64,000 nt of DNA, taken from contig NC_090399.1 in NCBI RefSeq assembly GCF_036365525.1, positions 52,298,430 through 52,362,429 on the forward strand, written 5' to 3'. Under the pieces are notes generated by a model. It was not told where the DNA came from. It saw only the letters and a list, made by a program, of their open reading frames with translations, and made no database searches. Below, piece after piece: positions 1-10,862 of this stretch (its first letter is position 1; every line of letters starts with the position of its first letter). The position numbers and the translations under genes were made by a program. This DNA is from Heterodontus francisci (taxonomy: Eukaryota).

Positions 1-86
1 GGGTTTTCTAATGCTTAATAATCCAGGGGGGTTTGATAGAGGTTGTTTTTGGGCTGGTGAGACATGAAATGATGGCACTGGAGATT

Positions 87-260
87 GACTGGTCAGCCCC
101 GAGACACTGGGACTGGGGGATGGGGGATGGGCTGGTCAGCCCCGAGACACACTGGGACTGGGGAATGGGCTGGTCAGACCTGAGACACTGGGACTGGGGG
201 ATGGGGGATGGGGGATGGGCTGGTCAGCCCCGAGACACACTGGGACTGGGGGATGGGGGA
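87..260. repeat. G-rich tandem repeat, ~40-45 bp unit (GGGCTGGTCAGCCCCGAGACACTGGGACTGGGGGATGG)
   Basis: About 4 imperfect copies visible directly; explains ORFs 33..266 and 208..408. Confidence 0.85.
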
Positions 261-1077
261 AATTAATATCCTGAGAAAAGTTTGTAGAAACATCCCAATA
301 ATTCTATGCATTAAATTCAGTCAGGAGGTAGTCATGTTCATGACACATGCAGTGAGTGTGACAGAACTGAGTGATAAATACAAGTATGTGTGCACAATGA
401 ATAGTTAAGAAAGAACTCTCAGATAAATGTAACACATTTCCAGTCTGTTACACTTACATTGAGGGAATTTGAAGCAATCTTGTTCAGAGCAAATATTTTG
501 CAGCTGATTAATGCTCATAGACACTTCATTTCCCACAATCACTAAACAGAGAATGTCAATCATTTAAAAGATGCAGAGAGACTCCCAACAATAGAAATAA
601 CTTCACAAACAATCTTAGAAAACATTAAAGAGAAGCCAGACCTTTCTTCCTGGTTTCTGACCTAAAGCCCCCAGAGCTAACAATCTATTCAGTTTCAAGC
701 TAATTCCAATCTCAGAATTCTCTGAATGTGCAGCAATGAGTCTGTGTTTACTTAATAACCATTAGATTTTGTGGCTTAAGTGGACACAGCTGCACATGAA
801 CAGAGCAATTCGCAAGGAAAGACTTACATTTTCATAGCGTCTTTCATTAACTCAGAATATCCTAAAGCTCTTTACAGCTTTTTGAAGTGTAGTTACTGCT
901 GTAATATAGGAAATGCATCAGAATATTTACACACTGCAACCTCCCACAAACATTAATTTAATAGTGACTGGAAAATATTTTGGCCAGGACAGCAGGGAGA
1001 ACTTCCCTGCCCTTCTTCGAAATAGTGCCATGGGATATTTAAATCCATCTGAGAGGGCAGACTGGGGCGTATTTTAA

Positions 1078-1556
1078 CAAAGTGATTACTGACAACGCAG
1101 CCAGCAGCTTACGTCATCCGACTGCGCCAATCTGCGCACATGCGTAGTTTGGTCCCTACCCTCTGTGCATGCGCTGCATTCCTCAGTGCCAGGACTGGTT
1201 GGCGCATGCGCAGATGACATCATCATGTAACGTGGGCAGATGGGGTTGCCGTGCCCGCCCGCTCACTGCCCCCCTCCCCGACCGCACGCTCACCGCCCTC
1301 TTGCCACACCCCCGACCGCTGGCTCGCCCGCCCGCCCGCTCGCCCCCTCCCCTCCCTGGCCCACTCGCGCTCTCCCCTCCGGCCATTGTGTGCTGCCATG
1401 TGTTTAGGTTGTCATCATGTGATTATTTGAGCAGTGCCATCTTTAACCCTGGCAGCTGCCTGACATTGCAGACTGTGACGTTTTAGTGGCACAGGCTGCT
1501 TTTGTGCATGTGCCATTGCAGCGCCACCTGGTGGTGGCATTGTCAGCAAATGCAGC
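1078..1556. mobile_element. Unclassified non-autonomous insertion, CpG-rich, with 10-bp target-site duplication
   Basis: CGTATTTTAA at 1068-1077 and 1557-1566; subterminal inverted repeat CTGACAACGC (1089-1098) / GCATTGTCAG (1537-1546); splits the host SINE. Confidence 0.7.
1521..1537 (-). promoter_or_regulatory. CTCF-like motif
   Basis: Reverse complement reads CCACCAGGTGGCGC, matching the CTCF core consensus. Motif match only. Confidence 0.4.
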
Positions 1557-1592
1557 CGTATTTTAATGTCTCGTAGAACGATGGCAACTGAT

Positions 1593-1845
1593 AGTGCGGC
1601 ACTCCCTCAGTACTGACCCTCCGACAGTGCGGCACTCCCTCAGTACTGACCCTCCGACAGTGCGGCACTCCCTCAGTACTGACGCTCCGACAGTGCGGCA
1701 CTCCCATGTACTGACCCTCCGACAGTGCGGCACTCCCTCAGTACTGGCCCTCCGACAGTACGGCACTCCCATGTACTGACCCTCCAACAGTGCGGCACTC
1801 CCTCAGTACTGGCCCTCCGACAGTGCGGCACTCCCTCAATACTGC
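1593..1845. repeat. 33-bp minisatellite (CAGTGCGGCACTCCCTCAGTACTGACCCTCCGA)
   Basis: About 8 near-identical copies; the unit is a segment of the host Deu-SINE. Confidence 0.95.
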
Positions 1846-2178
1846 AATGGAGTGTCAGCCTAGCTTTTGTGCTCAGAAGTCTAATTGTGCTCAGTTTTCC
1901 CTGTCCACAACGTCTCTCTTGACCCCTCCACTACCTGTGTGTTGCTAGTCCGAGATCCAGGGTGGAATTTTTACTTGCTGCTCGGGTGTGAATCTTGTCC
2001 TCGTAACAATGGAAATCAGGTATTTTCTACGAGCAGACGTGTGAGATTCAGCAGTGAGGCTGTTTCCTGGGCTGTACAATGTCATCTCAGAGATTGAACA
2101 AAGACAACACACAGACAGACAGACTGGGAATGGATCCGGGAATAGAGAGACAATCCTGACATTTTCAATATGTTTCAG

Positions 2179-2298
2179 AAATGCCAGAAAACAGTGGGGG
2201 ACACTTGCTCCTTGGAATTATAACTGGATCAGTGATCGCTGCACCGGCTGTTATATTGGGAATAATCGGAATAGTCATCTGGAAAAGGCAACAGAGAG
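2179..2298 (+). CDS. Transmembrane exon of a type I membrane protein (MHC class I / IgSF-like layout)
   Basis: Acceptor TTTTCAATATGTTTCAG, donor GAG|GTAAGA, 120 bp, phase 1-1. Encodes xMPENSGGHLLLGIITGSVIAAPAVILGIIGIVIWKRQQR: connecting peptide, hydrophobic helix, WKR stop-transfer. Family identity not established. Confidence 0.75.
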
Positions 2299-5200
2299 GT
2301 AAGAAACAGAGAGAGAGGAATGTGGAACGGAAGGGACAGAGTGAGTGTGAGGGAATCTCCAGTAGTGGGAGTACAGGACACTGAGAGGGGAGAGTGAGAG
2401 AGAGGGAATGTAGAACTGAGGGGACAGAGTGAGTGTGAGGGAATCTCCAGTACTGGGAGTACAGGACATTGAGAGGGGAGAGTGAGAGAGAGGGAATGTG
2501 GAACAGAGGGGACAGAGTGAGTGTGAGGGAATCTCCAGTACTGGGAGTACAGGACACTGAGAGGGAAGAGTGAGGGAGAAGGAAATGTAGAACTGAGGGG
2601 ACAGAGTGAGTGTGAAGGAATCTCCAGTACTGGGAGTACAGGACACTGAGAGGGAAGAGTGAGGGAGAAGGGAATGTAGAACTGAGGGGACAGAGTGAGT
2701 GTGAAGGAATCTCCAGTACTGGGAGTACAGGACACTGAGAGGGGAGAGTGAGAGAGAGGGGAATGTAGAACTGAGGGGACAGAGTGAGTGTGAGGGAATC
2801 TCCAGTACTGGGAGTACAGGACATTGAGGGGGAGAGTGAGAGAGAGGGAATGTAGAACTGAGGGGACAGAGAGAGAGTGAGGGAATCTCCAGTACTGGGA
2901 GTACAGGACATTGAGGGGGAGAGTGAGAGAGAGGGAATGTAGAACTGAGGGGACAGAGTGAGTGTGAAGGAATCTCCAGAACTGGGAGTACAGGACACTG
3001 AGAGGGGTGAGTGAGAGAGAGGGGAATGTAGAACTGAGGGGACAGAGTGAGTGTGAGGGAATCTCCAGTACTGGGAGTACAGGACCCTGAGAGGGGAGAG
3101 TGAGAGAGAGGGAATGTGGAACTGAGGGGACAGAGTGAGTGTGAGGGAATCTCCAGTACTGGGAGTACAGGACACTGAGAGGGGAGAGTGAGAGAGGGAA
3201 TGTAGAACTGAGGGGACAGAGTGAGTGTGAGGGAATCTCCAGTACTGGGAGTACAGGACACTGAGAGGGGAGAGTGAGAGAGAGGGTAATGTAGAACTGA
3301 GGGGACAGAGTGAGTGTGAAGGAATCTCCAGTACTGGGAGTACAGGACATTGAGGGGGAGAGTGAGAGAGAGGGAATGTAGAACTGAGGGGACAGAGTGA
3401 GTGTGAAGGAATCTCCAGTACTGGGAGTACAGGACACTGAGAGGGGAGAGTGAGGGAGAAGGGAATGTAGAACTGAGGGGACAGAGTGAGTGTGAGGGAA
3501 TCTCCAGTACTGGGAGTACAGGACACTGAGAGGGGAGAGTGAGAGAGAGGGGAATGTAGAACTGAGGGGACAGAGTGAGTGTGAAGGAATCTCCAGTACT
3601 GGGAGTACAGGACCCTGAGAGGGGAGAGTGAGAGAGAGGGGAATGTAGAACTGAGGGACAGAGTGAGTGTGAGGGAATCTCCAGTACTGGGAGTACAGGA
3701 CACTGAGAGGGGAGAGTGAGAGAGAGGGGAATGTAGAACTGAGGGACAGAGTGAGTGTGAGGGAATCTCCAGTACTGGGAGTACAGGACACTGAGAGGGG
3801 AGACTGAGAGAGAGGGGAATGTGGAACTGAGGGGACAGAGTGAGTGTGAGGGAATCTCCAGTACTGGGAGTACAGGACACTGAGAGGGGAGAGTGAGAGA
3901 GAGGGAATGTGGAACTGAGGGACAGAGTGAGTGTGAGGGAATCTCCAGTACTGGGAGTACAGGACACTGAGAGGGGAGAGTGAGAGAGAGGGGAATGTAG
4001 AACTGAGGGGACAGAGTGAGTGTGAAGGAATCTCCAGTACTGGGAGTACAGGACACTGAGAGGGGTGAGTGAGAGAGAGGGGAATGTAGAACTGAGGGAC
4101 AGAGTGAGTGTGAGGGAATCTCCAGTACTGGGAGTACAGGACACTGAGAGGGGAGAGTGAGAGAGAGGGGAATGTAGAACTGAGGGGACAGAGTGAGTGT
4201 GAGGGAATCTCCAGTACTGGGAGTACAGGACACTGAGAGGGGAGACTGAGAGAGAGGGGAATGTGGAACTGAGGGGACAAAGTGAGTGTGAGGGAATCTC
4301 CAGTACTGGGAGTACAGGACACTGAGAGGGGAGAGTGAGAGAGGGGGAATGTAGAACTGAGGGGACAGAGTGAGTGTGAGGGAATCTCCAGTACTGGGAG
4401 TACAGGACACTGAGAGGGGAGAGTGAGAGAGAGGGAATGTGGAACTGAGGGGACAGAGTGAGTGTGAGGGAATCTCCAGTACTGGGAGTACAGGACACTG
4501 AGAGGGGAGAGTGAGAGAGAGGGAATGTGGAACTGAGGGGACAGAGTGAGTGTGAGGGAATCTACAGTAGTGGGAGTACAGGACACTTAGAGGGGAGAGT
4601 GAGGGAGAAGGGAATGTAGAACTGAGGGGACAGAGTGAGAGTGAGGGAATCTCCAGTACTGGGAGTACAGGACACTGAGAGGGGAGAGTGAGAGAGGGGA
4701 ATGTAGAACTGAGGGGACAGAGTGAGTGTGAAGGAATCTCCAGTACTGGGAGTACAGGTCACTGAGAGGGGAGAGTGAGAGAGAGGGGAATGTAGAACTG
4801 AGGGACAGAGTGAGTGTGAGGGAATCTCCAGTACTGGGAGTACAGGACACTGAGAGGGGAGAGTGAGAGAGAGGGAATGTAGAACTGAGGGGACAGAGTG
4901 AGTGTGAAGGAATCTCCAGTACTGGGAGTACAGGACACTGAGAGGGGAGAGAGAGGGGAATGTAGAACTGAGGGACAGAGTGAGTGTGAGGGAATCTCCA
5001 GTACTGGGAGTACAGGACACTGAGAGGGGAGAGTGAGAGAGAGGGGAATGTAGAACTGAGGGGACAGAGTGAGTGTGAGGGAATCTCCAGTACTGGGAGT
5101 ACAGGACACTGAGAGGGGAGACTGAGAGAGAGGGGAATGTGGAACTGAGGGGACAGAGTGAGTGTGAGGGAATCTCCAGTACTGGGAGTACAGGACACTG

Positions 5201-5578
5201 AGAGGGGAGAGTGAGAGAGGGGGAATGTAGAACTGAGGGGACAGAGTGAGTGTGAGGGAATCTCCAGTACTGGGAGTACAGGACACTGAGAGGGTAGAGT
5301 GAGAGAGAGGGAATGTGGAACTGAGGGGACAGAGTGAGTGTGAGGGAATCTCCAGTACTGGGAGTACAGGACACTGAGAGGGGAGAGTGAGAGAGAGGGG
5401 AATGTAGAACTGAGGGGACAGAGTGAGTTTGAGGGAATCTCCCGTACTGGGAGTACAGGACACTGAGAGGGGAGAGTGAGAGAGAGGGGAATGTAGAAGT
5501 GAGGGGACAGAGTGAGTGTGAGGGAATCTCCAGTACTGGGAGTACAGGACACTGAGAGGTAAGAATCAGAGAGAGGAG
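2299..5578. repeat. Intronic purine-rich VNTR, ~88-89 bp unit, ~37 copies
   Basis: Unit GGAATGTAGAACTGAGGGGACAGAGTGAGTGTGAGGGAATCTCCAGTACTGGGAGTACAGGACACTGAGAGGGGAGAGTGAGAGAGAG repeated with high identity. Confidence 0.97.
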
Positions 5579-5619
5579 AGAGTGAGAGACTGGGGAATTT
5601 TATAGGACTAAATGGAATT

Positions 5620-6890
5620 TATAGAAAGCACAGGCCATTCGACCCAACAGCTTTGTCCTGGTGTTTCTGTCCCACATGGGCCTCCTCCCATCATACTGTA
5701 TCTAACCCTATCAGCACATCCTGTTATTTCTTTCTCCCTCATCTATTTATCTAGCTTCTCCCTAATGCATCTATCAAATCCCCTCCACTACTCCCTGTGG
5801 TAGTGAGTTCCACAGTCTGCATAAAGAAGTTTCTCCTGAATTCCTTATTGAATTTATTCATGACTGTTTTATCTTCAAGGCCTCTAGTTTTGGACAACCC
5901 ACAAGTGGCAACATCCGCTACACATCTACCCTATTGGATATCGAGATCAAAACTGTTCACTTGACTCTGTGTGGTCCAACCAAGAGTCTTTCTTAGTTTA
6001 ATATAACTTCTCTATTTTCAGTTCTATTCCTGTGGAAATGAACCCCAGTCGTTTATATATTGCAAAAAACTCAGTCGTTCCAGCATTGACGCTTGGGGAA
6101 CATCACTGTCAACCATCCTCCAGTCTGAAACAACCATTTACTACAACTCACTCTTGTCTGTACTTAAGCCAGTTTTTTTTATCCAATTGGACACTGACCC
6201 TCCTATTCCATGAACCTCAATTTTGCTAACCACTCTTTTATGTGTTACCTTATCAAATGCTTTTTAAAAATCCACATAAACAACAACCACTGTATTCCCT
6301 TCATCAACTTTCTCTATTACTTCATCAAAACATTCAGTTGAATTAGTTGAGCATTTTATAAATCCATGCTGCCTATCCTGAACTAACTCAAATCTCTTTA
6401 AGTGCTTGTTGATATTTCCCCTGATTATTGTTTCGAAAACCTTACCCACCAATGATATTAAATATTTAGTACCTCCCCCCTTCCATTACCATACCCATTT
6501 CCTCTCCCCTTTCTGCTTCTACTGATATTTTGTCAGATTCCTCTTTCTTAGTGAACATTGATACAAAGTACTCAACAACTTTCTCCTCAACTCTAACCAA
6601 ATGGATTCTGTCCTTGCCCCTTCGAGGACGTCCTCCCTTTCCAACACGACAATGTCTGCCCTGATCAGTACTGGCACCTTCCCTCCCTTTTTTTCTTTCT
6701 CTATCTTTTCTGAACATTTTATATCCTTGTACATAAAGCACCACGTCCTCACCATTTTTAAGCCACATTTCCGTTATTGTCACTACATCATATTCCCAGA
6801 CTGCTATTTGTGCTTGTAGCTCACCAACCTTATTCACCACACTTTGTGCATTTACACATGCATTGTAATCCTTTCTTTGCATTCCTCATA
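5620..6890 (-). mobile_element. Decayed CR1 LINE fragments (EN and RT)
   Basis: ORFs 6466..6882 (CVNAQSVVNK...YDVVTITEMW, APE N-terminus) and 6264..6452 (QHGF...VVYVDF, RT). Confidence 0.85.
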
Positions 6891-7471
6891 GACCTTCTCA
6901 GGCCACTGCCATCTTGGTAATCATGGTCTTGGTACTCAGTTATATTGTTTCAGTTCTACCTACATCTGGGGCTCTGAGATTCTGCTAATCTGCTAATCTT
7001 TCAGTTCTGACACTGAAGTCTGTCTCTTTTTGATCTCTACTGGATTTCTACTGAATTTTACCCTCTGACCATTTGGTTCCTTTTAAACCTTTCAGGCCAA
7101 TGAAACATTTGATCAACGAAGGTCCAAACCACAGTTTCCCTTCAGGTCACCTCTCAGCTGCTTTTACCCAGGATGTATCACAAGTAGGGTTAAAAATAGA
7201 GTTCAGTATAAGATTCACCAGAGCTGCCACATCTCAGTGTGTAACATGTAGTTAAAAAGGATTCACATTGAAAACTCCTTACTGTCTTCCTTAGAAGCAA
7301 ATAAAGCAGGAAACCCACAGCAACTATTCCACATGAATGCTGGGAAAGGACTTCAAACCAGTGTCCATGTTTTACAAAATTCTGTTTAAATTACTGGCCC
7401 TTTAATGTCTACAGTTACTCTTTTCTCAAATATCATGTAGTTTACATGTTTAGTATTTTCATTTGTTTCAG

Positions 7472-7803
7472 CACAACTATTTCTGAAGATCGACCCCACT
7501 CTCCATCACCCGGAAACCATGGATAATGAAGTGGAACTGGAGTCGACTGAATCCGACCCACAGATCAAAACGGAGCCTTTTCAGAGAGGGTCACATGTCA
7601 GAACAAGTCCACATGACCCAGTGGACGCTAACAAAACCACAACTGTACAAGAACAGAGTTCAGTCCAAACAGACACTGCAATTCCTGCAAACAATGTTTC
7701 TGATGTAAAACGTAATCCAGACAATGATATTGTAGAATTCTTAACAGACTATGAGGAACGAGAAACAACACAGAGTTTACTGAGACACTGCGATCCACAT
7801 TGA
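7472..7803 (+). CDS. Probable terminal cytoplasmic-tail exon of the same membrane protein (~110 aa, acidic, S/T/P-rich)
   Basis: Acceptor TATTTTCATTTGTTTCAG|CA. Phase 1 joins the 2298 donor in frame (G|CA = Ala, then QLFLKIDPTLHHPET into ORF 7519..7803). Non-repeat sequence. Confidence 0.6.
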
Positions 7804-8132
7804 AAAAAGCCCTGGACATAATCCATCAACAGATGACCAGCTGGACTCAAGAGTTTGGAGGACCGGGCAATAACTGAACGGACATGGGAATTGAAATAGA
7901 TGAGAATGACAAGCTGTGTTCACAAGACAAAGCAAGGCCTGCAAACATTTATAATGAGATTAAAAGAGAGGCCATTAGCCAATACAAATCAGAAAATATA
8001 TGATCCTTCATCACTGAGTTAGTATTTCAGGTCAATGGCCCGTCAATAGTTCTGTTTCTCTCTGAGTATGACCTGCTGAGTATTTCCTGCATTTTCTGTT
8101 TTTATTTCAGATTTCCAGCATCCACGGTATTT

Positions 8133-8492
8133 GATTTAGATTTAGATTTTAGATTTCGAGATACAGCACTGAAACAGGCCCTTCAGCCCACCGAGTCTGT
8201 GCCGACCATTAACCACCCATTTATACTAATCCTACACTAATCCCATATTCCTACCACATCCTCACCTGTCCCTAGATTCCCCTACCACCTACCTATTAGA
8301 GGGGCAATTTATAATGGCCAATTTACCTGTCAACCTGCAAGTCTTTTGGCTTGTGGGAGGAAACCGGAGCACCCGGAGAAAACCCACACAGACACAGGGA
8401 GAACTTGCAAAACTCCACACAGGCAGTACCCAGAACTGAACCCGGGTCGCTGGAGCTGTGAGACTGCGGTGCTAACCACTGCGCCACTGTGC
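8133..8492 (-). mobile_element. HE1-like V-SINE (tRNA head, V domain, CR1-type tail)
   Basis: Minus strand: GTGGCGCAGTGGTTAGC A box, GGTTCAGTTC B-box-like, GTGTGGAGTTTTGCAAGTTCTCCCTGTGTC V domain, (TCTAAA)n tail. Near-identical copy at 52635-52997. Confidence 0.9.
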
Positions 8493-9029
8493 TTTTGTAT
8501 GACTGAAGATTATTGATTTCACTTAACTTATTCATTTTAAAAACATAACCAGAGAAGCTCCCTCCCTCCCTCCCTCCATCCCTCCTCCTCCCACTCCAAG
8601 TATCTACCTGCAGTGCTCAGTGAACCTGAATGTCCTCGTCTTCACTCCAAGCTCCTACCTGCTGATGTCCAGACTGGTATTTCTCAGGTTGAAGCATGGG
8701 GCGGGCTCCATCAGGATCCCTGTTTAACATCTACAGCTCACTTACCAGAACCTCAGAATCACTGAGGCCTTTTCACCATCTGAAGTCACAATCAACTCCA
8801 TATGGGTGGGAAATTCCTCGGAGTCGCTCCTGTTCTCTCACTGTCACTCTGCTGGAAATCCTGTCCTTCTGGCTAGCTTGTCGTATGGGATTGGGAGTGG
8901 CTCTGAGGAATTTTCCAGCCTATTTAATAGATTTGAAGGAGTTTATATTGAAACGTGCTCCCACTGTTTAGCAGGTGGTGAAAGTTAATTTGCTTCACTG
9001 GTTCCCTCGTATAAAGAGTTAATCAGAAA

Positions 9030-9215
9030 GAATAAAATGGGGAATAGTGGAAATACTCAGCAGGTCAGGCAGCATCTGCAGAGAGAGAAACAGAGTTAAT
9101 ATTTCCAGTCAATGAGAGGTTCTGATGAAAGGCCATTGACCTGAAATATTAACTCTGTTTCTGTCCACCAATACTGCCTGAGCTGCTGAGTATTTCCAAC
9201 ATTTTCTGTTTTTCT
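9030..9215. mobile_element. Penelope-like terminal repeat fragments in inverted (hairpin) arrangement
   Basis: Arms 9048-9114 and 9134-9198 are reverse complements. The same motif follows the Penelope-type ORF end at 51730-52232. Further relics at ~8010-8130, 9750-9920, 55520-55660, 55930-56060. Confidence 0.75.
9117..9156 (+). ncRNA. Minimal type I hammerhead ribozyme motif (Penelope-associated)
   Basis: GGTT-CTGATGA-A-AGGccattgaCCT-GAAA-TATT-AACT: conserved CUGANGA and GAAA boxes, stem II, palindromic stem III region, short stem I. Confidence 0.55.
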
Positions 9216-10862
9216 GTCTGATTGGGATTGACAATTTCCCCAATAAATATATGAAAGTAAAGACAAGCACAGTTGATATTTATGTCACCCAGTCCTTGAA
9301 TTTCTATCAGCTTTTCTAGTTAATTATTTTAACTTTTTGGCTGAATTATTTTCTTCTGGCAAGTAATCTTTCGGTAAAAGTTTAACCTTATATACCGTAA
9401 CAAATGATTGTACGCTGATCAGTTTGGAGTCAAAACAACAAAAGAAGCATGCAATAGCCAGAGAGAACCAGACAGCTCAAACATTTGAGAGAATAATTGG
9501 GAAAAAAAGACATTCTTCAATATCCTATCATCATAGAATGATGCAGCACAGAAGGAGGCCATTCAGCCCATTAGACCTGTGCTGGTTCTTTGAAAGAGCT
9601 ATTTCATTAATCCCACTTCCTGCCCTTTCCCCCTGGCCCTGTAAATGTTTCACTTTCAAATGTTTATCAAACTCCCTTTTGAAGGTTCTGTATGATGGAG
9701 AGGGGAAATAACAGCTCAGACCTTTTAGATACAAAGAAATAATGGTGAAAATCCAAAATAAAACAATGTAAATTCACAACAGGCCTGTCAGGACCTAAAA
9801 ATAGAAACAATAAGATTAAAATAGCATTTTTGATTCGGGGATCTCAATCTGAAATGTTAAACTGTGTTTTCTGTTTTCAAATGCTGACTGGCCTGTCGTG
9901 CACTTGCATTATTTTCTATTTTTATCTGTTTTATTTTAGAATTAGATAAGAGTTTCATTGTTTAATCATTATGTATCAATATCAAAAGGAAACCAGAGAC
10001 TAACTTCAGAAATAAATAGTAACTGTAACAGGTTTCTAATCTGTAATACAGAGAGGTTGAACATTACATTAACATTTGTACTAGACTATTTCTATAGTTA
10101 TGTTTTATCATTTTATTATTTCAGTTATTTTCTGCAAATAATTAAACAGCAGATTACAAATGATGTTGCTTGTGTTCAATTATTGGACAATCTGTGATCC
10201 CTGGGAATGTTATCCTGTTTGTCGAATTTAAAATCATCGCATCAAACAATACTGTCTAAGAGTATATCCTGAAATTCTTTTTGAAATAGTTCGGAATTTT
10301 AATTCCACAATAAACAAATGCTTAAATTCTGTAGAACAGTTTTTGAACTTAGTTTAATTTTCTATAAGTTTGCAAGGTTTCCATCAGTCAAGTGGACTTT
10401 ATCAAGTTATTTGCTTTGTAACGGTATAAACGTTAATCAGTTGTCACCTGCTTGTCAATACAACAAATGATTTAATCCAGCTCAGCGTCATCATTAATAA
10501 CAATTAAATACCCGGACAAAGATATGTAGAGAGTCAGTAACTGGAGGATGAATGTTCAACCTTCCCGAGTCATATGTAATATCATTACTTTAGTATTAAG
10601 TGCTTGCTATGTTTTTACTCGGATACTTTCCTCATGCCAAAAATCACTCCATTAGTGACCCTCCAATTCCTACAAACCAAAGTGTTACTGTAAATGTATG
10701 TATAATAACGTAGCCTGACTCCGATACTGAATAGCATCCCTTATTCTGATCTTCAGCATGTTGTAGCAAGCCCTGGACTTTGAAAAGTGGTGGAATATAT
10801 ATCCTATTCAACAGCAGTTTGGGCTATAAACTATGAAGCAAATTCATCAAGAACAGCAAATT

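Larger units (their letters stand above)
822..1875 (-). mobile_element. Deu-domain SINE (SacSINE1/AmnSINE1-like), interrupted by an insertion and a minisatellite
   Basis: Reverse complement of Deu-domain motifs (AATAGTGCCATGGGAT...GAGAGGGCAGAC...CTCCCTCAGTACTGC). The same family is seen at 23385-23529 and 26591-26830. Confidence 0.7.

Noticed and set aside
2165-5552. Very long minus-strand ORFs (up to 785 aa) in all three frames
   Set aside because: Artefact of a pyrimidine-rich tandem repeat lacking stop codons; the same peptides cycle through all frames.
5534-5558. 25-nt micro-exon in the last VNTR unit (CTCCAG|...|GTAAGA)
   Set aside because: No polypyrimidine tract, and the length would shift the frame of the downstream exon.
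2299-5578. CRISPR-like regular repeat spacing
   Set aside because: No unique spacers, whole units are repeated, eukaryotic context, no cas genes. The same applies to 1593-1845 and 31100-32783.
10548-10715. Signal-anchor-like peptide MNVQPSRVICNIITLVLSACYVF in AT-rich DNA, or a possible viral relic
   Set aside because: Short, needs frameshifts and hits several stops; no recognisable family motif.
10765-10859. H/ACA snoRNA reading of the 95-bp duplicate (ACAGYA and terminal ACA)
   Set aside because: The predicted 3' hairpin is too short and does not abut the ACA box.
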